From: a virus
Taxonomy: Duplodnaviria > Caudoviricetes
Reading direction: 5' to 3' (one strand)
Virus record (IMG/VR): IMGVR_UViG_3300032086_002841
Location: 1 to 57,973 of that record
Length of the DNA stretch: 57,973 nucleotides
Part shown: one piece after another, positions 35,719 through 45,496 of the stretch
Position numbering within the stretch: the first letter of the stretch is position 1
How the letters are laid out: each line of letters starts with the position of its first letter
The notes under the pieces: generated by a model
Database searches by the model: none
What the model was told of the DNA's origin: nothing
The model's input: only the letters and a program-made list of their open reading frames with translations
Translations under genes and position numbers: made by a program

Positions 35719-35822
35719 ATCTTACAAGCATCCCCACAATCTTCGTCAAACTCGTCTGATATATCTATAAATACAGGATTATCTGTAAACATATCTTTAG
35801 GTAGTGTAAAATCTTCTTTCAT
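35715..35822 (-). CDS. 35-aa acidic peptide ending DCGDACKI
   Basis: MKEDFTLPKDMFTDNPVFIDISDEFDEDCGDACKI; overlaps both neighbours. Confidence 0.6.
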   Translation of the reverse strand: MKEDFTLPKDMFTDNPVFIDISDEFDEDCGDACKI

Positions 35823-36208
35823 TACCTGTTCGCCTCCAACCAACTAATTCTGTCTTTTAGTTCTCTAATTTGTTGTATGTCTTGTTCTTGATCCATAAGT
35901 TGTGATTCAAGACGAATAACTTGTCTTTTAATTTCGTCCCATTCCCATTTTTCTATTTGCACATATTGATTAGTGTCATTAGCTACTTCTAATTTCTGCA
36001 CTTTCTCAAACAGAACAGCTATATCGCCTTGTACAAATGTGCTTTCTCTAAGCATTTCAAAATCTACTTCTACTTGATTCATTCTGTCATCTATGCCTTG
36101 AAGTGTATTGACTATATCACCAGCAGTTGAAAGACCTGTTCCTATGGTTCCCATAAGAGCTATAGCTGTAGCTATCAAACCTAAATTATCTTTTATTTTA
36201 CTTAACAT
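35822..36208 (-). CDS. Membrane-anchored coiled-coil protein
   Basis: N-terminal TM helix followed by heptads. Confidence 0.65.
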   Translation of the reverse strand: MLSKIKDNLGLIATAIALMGTIGTGLSTAGDIVNTLQGIDDRMNQVEVDFEMLRESTFVQGDIAVLFEKVQKLEVANDTNQYVQIEKWEWDEIKRQVIRLESQLMDQEQDIQQIRELKDRISWLEANR

Positions 36209-39200
36209 TATCTACCTCTCAAACCTGTTCCCACAACACCTTCTCTGTCTAATTTTGATAGTGCTTTTCTAATTTCTATAGCAGCTTTTCTAGCTTGTAT
36301 TGGATTAGAAGGAACTCCTGTGACATTTACATTCAAATTATTTACAGTAATACCTGTATGTCCTACATTTCCTATAGGAGTGATATCGACTCCACCACCT
36401 GGTATTGCTCTAATTAACTCTGGTCCTGCCTCTCCTACAATTCCTAAGCCAGATCCTAGATAACCACCTTTTGCATACATAGGTATTCTTCCACCTTTTG
36501 CATAACCTGTTTGACCACCTAAATCAAAAGATCCGTCTGCGCCAATTTTTAGTTTTACTTCATCTTGTGCGCTAGCTCTAAAATTATCCCAAGCACCTTG
36601 TACAGCATTGACAGTAGTCATAGCCTCATCACCATTAACATTTATTTCTATTTCTTCTTGTTCTATTTTTAGATTTGTGTCAAAAAACTTCTTTGCAATA
36701 CCATCTACTGAATCACCAAATTTTTTACCAAGTGTATCTGCTAATTCTTTTGTTTTGCCTGTTACCTTTTCAACAATACTTGCATCAATACCTAAAACTT
36801 CTGCAAGTTCTTTAAACATATCAAATGCCTCTGGTCCCATTTGTAACAGTTCGAATGCATCCATACCAAGAGAAAATAAATTTTGGGCTTGACTCATTTG
36901 TTCATTTTTTATTTCCTTATTAACTTCTGCAAGTCTGTTGGCTCTTGCGTTTTCTGCATCTTCTAATTCTTGTTGAGCTAGTTGATATTCAGCTAATGTA
37001 ATCACACCTTCTTCATATGCAATTTTTGCCCATTCTGCTTTATCTCTTGCCTCGTCAAGATTTTTAGTTTGTTCAGCAGTATTACCTTTAAGAAGTTGCG
37101 TTCTTTCTTTTATTAGATCATTGATTTTGTCTTCGTTATCTAAATAGCTTTGCTGTGCGTTAAATAAACCAAACTGACTACCAAATGCACTTTTCATAGC
37201 TGATGTTGCATCTCTTACAGATTGTTCAATAAGATTTACAAGATCTATAGTTTTGCCTTTCCATGATTTCTCTAGTGTTGGGTAGTTATCTTCAATACCT
37301 TTGACAAAACCAAGCATCATAAATTTACCTAGTTCCATAGTTACTCTTGATGGAGATTTAGTACCTGTCACATCGTAAGCTAGCTGAACTGCATTACTAA
37401 ACACAGTTTCAATAGTCTTTGCAAGTTCAGGTTCTTGTTCTTTTAATCCTTTGATAAATCCTTTGATATAATCATTACCTAACTGTGTTGTTTTTGGTAC
37501 GATTGCATCGGCAGCACTATCAGTACTTTCAAACAATGCATCTTTTAATTCTTCTGATTCTGATAGACCTAGTTTTTCTAACATAACTTCTCTCAAGTTA
37601 AGTTGATCTGTATTATCTAATAACTCCTGTAATACACCTGAAAATTGTGGTCCTAGCTTTGAAAACTCTAAAGCTACATCATCAAAACCTTCATTTTTTA
37701 AATATGCTATTTGCTGTTCAAATATTTGTGATAATTGTATTTTTTCTGCTAGAGCTTGGTTAATTTCTTCCCCTGTTTTCATAGCTAGCCCACCAATACT
37801 GTCTAAGCTAGTAAATAATGATTCTGCACTTTCAAGAGTATTTGATGCGATTCTGTCAAATATATTTTCTCTTTGCTCAACCTCAAAATTAGTATCACTC
37901 ATTGAATCTTGAAGATTTTGCTCGTTTTCAATAAGTTTCATCATATTTGAAATTTGTATTCTTTGGAAATCGTGTTCGACTTTTGTGATACCTAGCCTTT
38001 CCATAGCCTGCTCTTTCAAGTCTGCCATTCTTTGTCTTTCTTGTTCTTGAATAGCAGGAAGTAATTTAATAAATAGATCATGTTGTATTTTATACTGCTG
38101 TTCTTGACCAGCTAATATTGCATCATATTCTTTTCTAAATTTATTTAACTGACCTTTTTTGAGTGCTTGTAAAAATGGTAAAGCCTCTTCTTCTGTAAGT
38201 CTTACTCCATGTACATCTACGATAGCCTCAATCATTTGTTGTAATGCATCAGTAGAGTCTTGATCAACTTTTAGATCTATAATCTTTGCAGAACCCATAC
38301 TGCTAAATCCTGAGGAGGCTTGTCTTAAGGCTTCTATATTTGCTATTTGATCATCTATTTGTTTCTTAGCCTCATTGAAGTTTGCATGTTCACCGAAAAA
38401 CATATCTAACACATCTGCTTCTATTGCATTCTTCTGCGTGTCAGTAAGATCTTCCATAAGAGCTTTAAAGTCTGTATTAGCTCTTATTACAGCTTTTAGT
38501 GTGCTTTCTGTTATTTTCCCTGCATTACTAAAGTAATCTAATTCCCTAGCTAGCTTTCCTACTTCACCTGCTGATTCTGCTACTTTCAAACCAAACAATG
38601 AGAAGAGTCCTGTTATAGCTGTGACTGCAATTCGTATTTTGCTACCTACTAAAAATTTAAAAGCTACTTGTACAAATTTTAATTGACTTGCTACTTTCAT
38701 TAAAGTTGCACCAAATCCTATTAATAGTGCCATTAATGAATTGAAAGCAAAATTAGATTCAGTAAGACCTAATATCATTTTCTGTATTGTATTGTTGAAA
38801 GAAGTAGCAACAGGTAGTAAATTGTCACCGATCTGGATTTGTAATTCGTTAAATAAGTTTTTAGTTACTTGTAATTGAGATTCTAAAGTTTCAAATCTTT
38901 TTATAGCTTCTTCTGTAGCTGCCATATTTTCATCAAATGCTTTGTTTGCTGTTGTGATGGCATCTGCCAAAACTCCCTCAGCCTCAGCAAGACCAAGAAT
39001 TGCTAGCATCGTTCTACGCTGTGAAAGACCTAATTCATCTAAGATACCTATAACATCTGCACCTGATTCATTCAGATTATTTAAACCTTCAATGAAAGCC
39101 TGTGTTGCCCTGGCAGGATCATCTTCGAAAAATGCAGCAAAAGATTCTTCTGTTGTATCTCCTGTAGTCGCAGCTACTTTCGCAAATAAATCTAAGTTTT

Positions 39201-39939
39201 CTCCACCTTGAATTATTGCCTGGTTAATAGACTGAAATACACGAGCTACAGCAGTACCACCTGCTTGTGCAGGAACACCAATAGCTTGTAGTGCTGCTGC
39301 AAATGCTAAAGCATCTTGTGTAGTAGCACCTACTTGAGCTGCTGCCTGTGCAATACGAAGAACAGTAGTCATGATTTCGCCTTCTGTAGCAGCGAAGTTG
39401 TTTCCAAGATCTACTATTGTTGACGCAACATTTGAAAAAGTTTCACCATTTGTCTGAGCAATAGCATCAAGTCTAGCTAAACCTAAAGCAGCATTTTCAA
39501 CTGTTAAGTTAGTAGTAGTTGCAAGTTCACCAACAGTTTTTATGAAGTCAGGTAAGTTTTCTACTGCAACACCTAATTGACCACCTAACTCACCAATTCT
39601 ATTTAGATCATCCGTACTAACAGGAGTGACAGATGACATGTCTTTAATTTTTTGAGCTAAATTATCAAATTGTTCTTCGGTTGCCTCTACTGTTTTTCTT
39701 ATTCCGGCAAAAGATGATTCAAAAGCCATTGAGGCCATAGTAGCTTTGAACAACTCCATTGTGATTGCGCCAACACCAATTATGGCTGTTGTCGCTATTC
39801 TGTTAATTTTAGCTGTATGTTCTTTAGCTGCCCTAGCTGCGTCAGCTGCTGCGTCATCAGTTACTTCTTTGACTTTTTGAACACCTTGATTGACAGCTTG
39901 TATATTGACATTAACTTGACCTGCTAATACCGGTGGCAT
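36208..39939 (-). CDS. Tape measure protein (TP901 family)
   Basis: FESSFAGIRKTVEAT, GGQLGV, LGNNFAATEGEI and C-terminal GIVGEAGPEL; 1243 aa, helical. Confidence 0.92.
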   Translation of the reverse strand: MPPVLAGQVNVNIQAVNQGVQKVKEVTDDAAADAARAAKEHTAKINRIATTAIIGVGAITMELFKATMASMAFESSFAGIRKTVEATEEQFDNLAQKIKDMSSVTPVSTDDLNRIGELGGQLGVAVENLPDFIKTVGELATTTNLTVENAALGLARLDAIAQTNGETFSNVASTIVDLGNNFAATEGEIMTTVLRIAQAAAQVGATTQDALAFAAALQAIGVPAQAGGTAVARVFQSINQAIIQGGENLDLFAKVAATTGDTTEESFAAFFEDDPARATQAFIEGLNNLNESGADVIGILDELGLSQRRTMLAILGLAEAEGVLADAITTANKAFDENMAATEEAIKRFETLESQLQVTKNLFNELQIQIGDNLLPVATSFNNTIQKMILGLTESNFAFNSLMALLIGFGATLMKVASQLKFVQVAFKFLVGSKIRIAVTAITGLFSLFGLKVAESAGEVGKLARELDYFSNAGKITESTLKAVIRANTDFKALMEDLTDTQKNAIEADVLDMFFGEHANFNEAKKQIDDQIANIEALRQASSGFSSMGSAKIIDLKVDQDSTDALQQMIEAIVDVHGVRLTEEEALPFLQALKKGQLNKFRKEYDAILAGQEQQYKIQHDLFIKLLPAIQEQERQRMADLKEQAMERLGITKVEHDFQRIQISNMMKLIENEQNLQDSMSDTNFEVEQRENIFDRIASNTLESAESLFTSLDSIGGLAMKTGEEINQALAEKIQLSQIFEQQIAYLKNEGFDDVALEFSKLGPQFSGVLQELLDNTDQLNLREVMLEKLGLSESEELKDALFESTDSAADAIVPKTTQLGNDYIKGFIKGLKEQEPELAKTIETVFSNAVQLAYDVTGTKSPSRVTMELGKFMMLGFVKGIEDNYPTLEKSWKGKTIDLVNLIEQSVRDATSAMKSAFGSQFGLFNAQQSYLDNEDKINDLIKERTQLLKGNTAEQTKNLDEARDKAEWAKIAYEEGVITLAEYQLAQQELEDAENARANRLAEVNKEIKNEQMSQAQNLFSLGMDAFELLQMGPEAFDMFKELAEVLGIDASIVEKVTGKTKELADTLGKKFGDSVDGIAKKFFDTNLKIEQEEIEINVNGDEAMTTVNAVQGAWDNFRASAQDEVKLKIGADGSFDLGGQTGYAKGGRIPMYAKGGYLGSGLGIVGEAGPELIRAIPGGGVDITPIGNVGHTGITVNNLNVNVTGVPSNPIQARKAAIEIRKALSKLDREGVVGTGLRGR

Positions 39940-39940
39940 T

Positions 39941-40276
39941 TTACATCTCTTCCTTAGCTACATTCTTTTGATCATGTATTAATGTATCAAGAGATGTAGC
40001 AACTCTTTCCCTGTTGCGACCTCTCCTCTTATCAAGTTCTTTTTTCCACCAACCTTTGGGTGGTTCATCTGATAAGCCTTCTTCACCATCATTTAAAAAT
40101 GCTTTATACTGTGGTGCGAAGAATAAAGATTGATCTATAGGCATTGTACCAAGTAATCTGTAAAATTTACGCCATTCAATTTCCAAAGGATTTGAGATGT
40201 TATATAGTCTTTGGAAATCTGACTCGACAGCAGTCCAATTATCTAGGATATCTACTATCTTATAACTTATTTTGGG
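39941..40276 (-). CDS. Tail assembly chaperone, -1 frameshift extension (GT-like)
   Basis: The -1 frame is open from the slippery site: ISYKIVDILDNWTAVESDFQRLY...IEWRKFYRLL. Confidence 0.8.
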   Translation of the reverse strand, partial: PKISYKIVDILDNWTAVESDFQRLYNISNPLEIEWRKFYRLLGTMPIDQSLFFAPQYKAFLNDGEEGLSDEPPKGWWKKELDKRRGRNRERVATSLDTLIHDQKNVAKEEM

Positions 40277-40629
40277 TTATCACCCTCACCTGTTTCGCCA
40301 TCAATCTCTACTTGTGTTTCTTCTGTGACGACATCTCCACCCATCCCATATTCTGCAAGTAAAAAGTTTGCAATTTCTTGTAGCTGATCAAAGCTAACTT
40401 CTTCTTTTAGTTCTTCTAAATTGTCCCCACCAAATATTGATTCGAACCAATCTAGTAGATTAGATGCTTGAAGCGAGCCATCGGCATTTAGCCAACTCAT
40501 TTGACTTAAAACTACACTTGCACTTAAGAATGCTGGGAATGTGTATTCCTTGCCATTTATCTTAATTACAATAGGTTCTAAGTTGCTCGCTTCTTTTGCT
40601 GCATCAAAGTCTTTATAACGCTTAGTCAT
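40267..40629 (-). CDS. Tail assembly chaperone (G-like)
   Basis: Lies between the major tail and tape measure genes; ends NPK-stop at the slippery heptamer. Confidence 0.85.
   Translation of the reverse strand: MTKRYKDFDAAKEASNLEPIVIKINGKEYTFPAFLSASVVLSQMSWLNADGSLQASNLLDWFESIFGGDNLEELKEEVSFDQLQEIANFLLAEYGMGGDVVTEETQVEIDGETGEGDNPK
40270..40276 (-). other. Programmed -1 frameshift heptamer C-CCA-AAA
   Basis: XXXYYYZ heptamer in frame, immediately before the TAA stop. Confidence 0.85.
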
Positions 40630-40655
40630 ATTTTCCTCCTATCTAAAAAGCATTA

Positions 40656-41312
40656 TTAGTTAACTGCACCATCTGTGGATGCATTTGTGTTATCTACAAT
40701 ACGGAACATATTTTCTTTTCCGTTTGTTGTTCCCACGGATGTTGAGCTTGAATCTGGTACCAAGATCTTAAATTCAACGGCAAGCAACACCTTTTGAGGT
40801 GCTTTTTGGTGTGCCATTGAAAAAGCACCGACATTAACTGCTCTAGGAATATGGAAATGCCTTATTGCGCCTCCTGGTCCTTCTGTGACTAAAACCATAG
40901 ATTTCTCTGTGAAGTCATCAGTACCTGGAGGTGTAAGAACATCAAATCCTGAAGCAAAATTTGTTGTGTCGTCTTCGGTAATGGTTCCACCACCGAATGC
41001 TTCTTTAAGACCGGTTAAACTTGCTTGTGAAAGCGTACCTGTCAAACGAATCTCTTGTGCTGTTTTAACAGACTTAATAGGATCAATTTCTTCTGCGACC
41101 ATAATGTCTTCGAAGGTCTTGTCATATTCAAGAGTCCATCCATCTTCGGAATATCCAACATCAGTCCAAGCTGAATCCAGATCAGCCCATGCTGTTGTAG
41201 TTGTGCTATCTTCTGTAGGGAAGGCTGTGCCTTTTGCACCTACATAAAGAACACCTGTTCCGATGAGAACATCAGATATTGAACCTGAAGTGTTATAACT
41301 TGTTGTAGCCAT
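40656..41312 (-). CDS. Major tail (tube) protein
   Basis: WTDVGYSEDGWTLEY motif and gene position. Confidence 0.85.
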   Translation of the reverse strand: MATTSYNTSGSISDVLIGTGVLYVGAKGTAFPTEDSTTTTAWADLDSAWTDVGYSEDGWTLEYDKTFEDIMVAEEIDPIKSVKTAQEIRLTGTLSQASLTGLKEAFGGGTITEDDTTNFASGFDVLTPPGTDDFTEKSMVLVTEGPGGAIRHFHIPRAVNVGAFSMAHQKAPQKVLLAVEFKILVPDSSSTSVGTTNGKENMFRIVDNTNASTDGAVN

Positions 41313-41359
41313 AAAGTTCTCCTAACTTATACTTACTAATAATATGTTTGCAAACATAT

Positions 41360-41668
41360 CTATTCTTCTTCTGACTTATACCAATCATCAGAAATTTCTT
41401 CTTCAGCTACTTCATCGCTAACTTCTTTTGTGTTGTCCACTAAAGAAGTAGTCTGACTGACAGGAACGACTTCCCAATCCTCGTCCTGTGCTATGAGTCT
41501 AGGTATACTGAACTCATCCCATAGACGACCTTTGGATTCTTGTAGTCTTTTCCAATCAGTCCCATTAACTTCCGTCCATTCATTCTTGGTAAATGTTACA
41601 CCCAATATCTCATCGCCGATTGCATCAGCAGGATATATCGGATTAACTTTAACTTTATATTTTGCCAT
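41360..41668 (-). CDS. Hypothetical protein
   Basis: GAGGT SD and its own promoter. Confidence 0.7.
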   Translation of the reverse strand: MAKYKVKVNPIYPADAIGDEILGVTFTKNEWTEVNGTDWKRLQESKGRLWDEFSIPRLIAQDEDWEVVPVSQTTSLVDNTKEVSDEVAEEEISDDWYKSEEE

Positions 41669-41688
41669 AATATTTACCTCTGTAGGTA

Positions 41689-41718
41689 ATATTAGATGAT
41701 GATTTATAGATTTAAGGT
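41689..41718 (-). promoter_or_regulatory. Promoter CCTTAA-N17-TAATAT
   Basis: Copy of the recurrent motif. Confidence 0.55.
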
Positions 41719-42194
41719 TATTCCGAGTATCTGTAAGTCATATCAATAGACATATCAAATACTGCTACTTGTAATTCTCTAGATTCAGATCTTATTGGTG
41801 CAGTAGCTACATCAAGACTATAAATATGTGATTTAGTTCCACCTGAAGTTGTGACTTGTATATTAGATTCTATAAAGCATTCTTTATAGATTATTTGAGC
41901 TATGTCGCTTGCAGTTCCAAAATCAGGTTCAGGTTTAGTTCCATCATTTCCCCATCTTCCTGCATAAACTAAAACTCTCATAGCTGCTAAACCAATACCT
42001 GTTTGAGATGAAGAATCAAGCAAACCATTACCTTCTGCTCTTATAACTACAAAAGGTAATGTAGCCTCAGCAGGTAATCTAGTAGCTATTCTTGTGCTTA
42101 CCTGATCAGTAATACTAGTTTTGCTTAACATCCATGCTCTGAATACTATTTCAGGATCTGGTGGTAAATTTGTTAAATTAGTTATTCCTGGCAT
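41718..42194 (-). CDS. Tail terminator / tail completion protein
   Basis: RIATRLPAEATLPFVVI motif and gene position. Confidence 0.7.
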   Translation of the reverse strand: MPGITNLTNLPPDPEIVFRAWMLSKTSITDQVSTRIATRLPAEATLPFVVIRAEGNGLLDSSSQTGIGLAAMRVLVYAGRWGNDGTKPEPDFGTASDIAQIIYKECFIESNIQVTTSGGTKSHIYSLDVATAPIRSESRELQVAVFDMSIDMTYRYSE

Positions 42195-42202
42195 AATATC
42201 TC

Positions 42203-43183
42203 CTAAAAAGGTACTCCAGGTTTAGGTACATCGGTTTCACCCTCTAAACCCACATCGACATGGTTGTAGATGCTTATTTCATAAGCATCGTTTGGTGGTC
42301 TTTCCGGTTGAAAATCTAAATAACGACTTGCATTAGGATTTTTTTTCCTATTAACTACAACTTCAAAAGAACTTTGATCTGGAAAGTAATGTTTCAGACC
42401 ACCTAAAACAGATTTACCGAACCAACCAAAGTTTCTTGCAGGTACAAACTTTGTAGGATTCCATTTGTAATAACCACCATAGTTAGTTTTCCACCAATAT
42501 GGTGCTTGGTCTGCCTCCCTAACACCACCACCTTTTGAAGAACCGATGGTTATTTTTCCTAGTGCTATACCATTTCTAGATGCATATATTCCTCTAAAGA
42601 TAATTGAGTTATGTAAGTTTCCTGTAGCTTTTGGTGCTGCTAAACCACCACCAACAGAATGCATACCTAACATGTTATATTGTATGTCAGACATTAGCTC
42701 AGGTAATGAAAACTCTTGTATATCTAAACCCATTTGTCCATATTTTTTCATAGCTCTAGATAACTCTTGATTTATTCTTCCACCTTGCGCTCTGTTGATT
42801 GATCTTTTTACTGCTGATGTCATTACATTACCATTATGCTTATATGTATAAGTATCTTTTTGTTTTGTGTTGAAATAGTTTTGAACTTTCATAGTCGCAA
42901 TTCTTCCGTAATATCTGTTTGCAACACGAGTTGCTACACCCATATTTTGTGGAATCAATGACTGACCAGCTCTACCTGTAATTCTACCTGCAAATCTTCT
43001 TTGCAAACGAAGACCAACACCTTGTCCACTAATAGATTTTACATCAGCAAATAATCTTGCATACTGCAAACCTAATCCTCTAATAGGTCTAAGTTGCTTA
43101 TCTAAAAAATTAACAGATAAAACATCACCTGCAACAATAGATGATTTATAAAATAAAGATCTAAATTGATTTGCAACTGACAT
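42203..43183 (-). CDS. Basic neck/tail-completion protein (HK97 gp10-like, extended)
   Basis: APKATGNLHNSI motif, position, Arg-rich N-terminal half. Confidence 0.55.
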   Translation of the reverse strand: MSVANQFRSLFYKSSIVAGDVLSVNFLDKQLRPIRGLGLQYARLFADVKSISGQGVGLRLQRRFAGRITGRAGQSLIPQNMGVATRVANRYYGRIATMKVQNYFNTKQKDTYTYKHNGNVMTSAVKRSINRAQGGRINQELSRAMKKYGQMGLDIQEFSLPELMSDIQYNMLGMHSVGGGLAAPKATGNLHNSIIFRGIYASRNGIALGKITIGSSKGGGVREADQAPYWWKTNYGGYYKWNPTKFVPARNFGWFGKSVLGGLKHYFPDQSSFEVVVNRKKNPNASRYLDFQPERPPNDAYEISIYNHVDVGLEGETDVPKPGVPF

Positions 43184-43518
43184 TAGGAAGTTCTCCTAAG
43201 CCTACATCTTTTCATTACTAAATTACCATGTCTATTTTTGTACTCATTTATACCAAGTACTTCGTAATATTTTGAACTTATATTTACTCTGTGTGAATTT
43301 TTAATATCTATAGATGAAGGTATATACAAGTCAAATTCATCAAGAAGCATTTCTGAATTATCTTCTTCTTCTTGTGATCTAGTAGTTTCTAACCTACCTT
43401 TAGTGGTAGTAAGAGTTGACCAACTATCAGAATAAAGACCTCTTTCATCTACTGAACTTGTAGATCTTGATTCTATAGTCACATCATCATTTAAGTATGT
43501 TTTGAAATTATAAGACAT
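43183..43518 (-). CDS. Head-tail stopper (SPP1 gp16-like)
   Basis: VTIE....DERG....W and RV.I..KYYEV patterns. Confidence 0.75.
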   Translation of the reverse strand: MSYNFKTYLNDDVTIESRSTSSVDERGLYSDSWSTLTTTKGRLETTRSQEEEDNSEMLLDEFDLYIPSSIDIKNSHRVNISSKYYEVLGINEYKNRHGNLVMKRCRLRRTS

Positions 43519-43548
43519 ATCTGTACTTTACTAGAAATTTGCTTAATT

Positions 43549-44082
43549 TTAGTTATCTAATTTTTGTCGTAATTTTTCTAACTTTTCTTTTTTCTTTTGT
43601 ATTTCTTGTAATTTACCTGATGGATTTTTAATACAAACATTACAAATTTTTTGTCTTCCGTCTTTATATTTTTGTGTTTTACCAAAACTATCAATTTTTT
43701 GTAATTCACCACACTTAGTACATTGTTTTTCTGTAGGGTTCCAAGATTGATCTTTTATATATTGTTGTGCATGAAGTACTCCTAACCAGATCGCAGGATC
43801 TTCTTTACACCAAGTCATAAATTTTTCCAAACCTATTGGCAAGTCATCATATAGATCTCTTACAGTCAAACTATGTTCTCCAGAATATAATCTATCAATT
43901 ACTATTCTTGCAATACCATGATCAATAGATGATATTGGTGGAAAACCACATTGTTCTCTTAATTGCCTAACTCTTTCATGTGAACATTCCCATTCATCAG
44001 CCCAATGTGATAGTGGTTTATAAGGATCGTCATTAAATAATTTGTAAGCCTCTTCTACGCTTGGTATTCTTCTACTCGGCAT
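43549..44082 (-). CDS. DNA-binding protein (HTH-like + CxxC/CxxC zinc finger)
   Basis: ADEWECSHERVRQLR (sigma region 4-like helix); KQCTKC...ICNVC. Confidence 0.6.
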   Translation of the reverse strand: MPSRRIPSVEEAYKLFNDDPYKPLSHWADEWECSHERVRQLREQCGFPPISSIDHGIARIVIDRLYSGEHSLTVRDLYDDLPIGLEKFMTWCKEDPAIWLGVLHAQQYIKDQSWNPTEKQCTKCGELQKIDSFGKTQKYKDGRQKICNVCIKNPSGKLQEIQKKKEKLEKLRQKLDN

Positions 44083-44362
44083 TTTTCCTCCTTCTAGTTA
44101 AACCCCTCTCTTTACGAATTTTCCTTCTTTCTCTTTCGGATAGTCCACCCCATATTCCAAATTTTTCTGCGTTCACTATTGCATATTCTAGACAATGTTC
44201 TTGAACTTCACATGCATTACACAATTCTTTTGCTTTTCTTGTTGATGCACCCCTATCAGGAAAAAATATATCTGGATCAGCATCTTTGCAGTTGGCATCT
44301 TCTTGCCACCACAATTCTTGAAGTCGTAAAAGATTGTTTAAGGATTCTTCCCTATATTCCAT
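44072..44362 (-). CDS. whiB: WhiB-family Fe-S transcription factor (WhiB2-like)
   Basis: WQEDANC..ADPDIFFP, AKELCNACEV...CLEYA and FGIWGGLSERERR. Confidence 0.95.
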   Translation of the reverse strand: MEYREESLNNLLRLQELWWQEDANCKDADPDIFFPDRGASTRKAKELCNACEVQEHCLEYAIVNAEKFGIWGGLSERERRKIRKERGLTRRRKNAE

Positions 44363-44508
44363 TGTTCACCCTGTATAATTTCGTAAAATTTGTAATTTAC
44401 TAATTCTTCGTATTCAACTCTCTCACGAGCAAATTCGTTTAGATGAACTGATAGCAATCCATGAAAATTCAAAAATCCTACCAGGAATGTGTATGTAACA
44501 AGATCCAT
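44338..44508 (-). CDS. 56-aa hypothetical protein
   Basis: MDLVTYTFLVGFLNFHG...; fills the gap with overlaps at both ends. Confidence 0.55.
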   Translation of the reverse strand: MDLVTYTFLVGFLNFHGLLSVHLNEFARERVEYEELVNYKFYEIIQGEQWNIGKNP

Positions 44509-45146
44509 TAAACAAACACCTGTTTTTTATAAGGTGAAAGTAAAACTTTGTCTGATTCTTTTAACAAGTTCCCATCAAAATATAACATTGGATCAGCGAA
44601 CTTTACGCTGAGATCCCCAATGCGTTCTTCTTCTACTATTGCCATACTCGCCCCATTTGTCGAATCTGATAAATGAGTGTTTGCAGCACCGGTTGATGCT
44701 TGACTACTCAAATTCATAGCCGACAGTATTATTCTTGCAGATATCCTGGCGCTTGTAAACTTTATATCTTCAGGAATTGTTGAATAACCTGCATTATAAG
44801 AAACAGATATATTTTTTGGTTTAGCGCCTGACCAACGACCTAGAACTCTTTCAACTCGACCATTAGAATGAAATACATAATCATTTGTATTACCTTCTGA
44901 TAATGCATTACCATCTTCTGTTATAGAAGAAATAGAATTTACAGGTATATGCTTAAGGTTGAGTTCACGCAAGTTATCACCGAATAATGTTTCAGTTTGA
45001 TCTGCTACCTCAATATCATATCCTAGATAAGTTTTAATTACCTGATCTGCAAAAGGTATAATATTGTTTGTAATTGATGTTTCTAGAGCAGAAGCAAAGT
45101 CGATCTGGACAATAGCCTCAACATCAGATACAGTACAGAGTGCCAT
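44508..45146 (-). CDS. Head-tail adaptor (gp6-like)
   Basis: ADQVIKTYLG, LKHIPVNSISSI and VSYNAGYSTIPEDIK. Confidence 0.85.
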   Translation of the reverse strand: MALCTVSDVEAIVQIDFASALETSITNNIIPFADQVIKTYLGYDIEVADQTETLFGDNLRELNLKHIPVNSISSITEDGNALSEGNTNDYVFHSNGRVERVLGRWSGAKPKNISVSYNAGYSTIPEDIKFTSARISARIILSAMNLSSQASTGAANTHLSDSTNGASMAIVEEERIGDLSVKFADPMLYFDGNLLKESDKVLLSPYKKQVFV

Positions 45147-45156
45147 GAGCTACTCC

Positions 45157-45399
45157 TTACTTATTATCTGAAGGTTTAACAGCTTTAGTTTCTACTTTTT
45201 TCTTTGGTGCTTCTTTTTTCTTTGGTGCTGCTTTCTTGATATAGCCAATTTCTTTTAGCCATGACTCAGGATAAGACTTACCTGCACCAGCGAGTTTAGA
45301 AGCGTTTGACTTAGGAAGTTCAGCTTTTGGACCTTCAAAAAATGAACCATCCCCTAGTTGCCAAAGATCTTTCTCTAGTGTTATAAATTTATCTGACAT
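45157..45399 (-). CDS. Small Lys-rich protein after the capsid gene
   Basis: KKAAPKKKEAPKKK...ETKAVKPSDNK tail. Confidence 0.7.
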   Translation of the reverse strand: MSDKFITLEKDLWQLGDGSFFEGPKAELPKSNASKLAGAGKSYPESWLKEIGYIKKAAPKKKEAPKKKVETKAVKPSDNK

Positions 45400-45407
45400 A
45401 ATGATTA

Positions 45408-45437
45408 ATCCTAACTTATTTCTGCCTTATTTAAGGT
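45408..45437 (-). promoter_or_regulatory. Promoter CCTTAA-N17-TAGGAT
   Basis: Copy of the recurrent motif, just downstream of the capsid terminator. Confidence 0.55.
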
Positions 45438-45452
45438 CTTTGTGTTTCATTA

Positions 45453-45479
45453 AATATGGGGGCATATAGCCCCCATATT
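45453..45479 (-). terminator. Hairpin terminator after the major capsid gene
   Basis: AATATGGGGGC-atata-GCCCCCATATT. Confidence 0.7.
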
Positions 45480-45496
45480 CTAAGATTTAAATGCTA

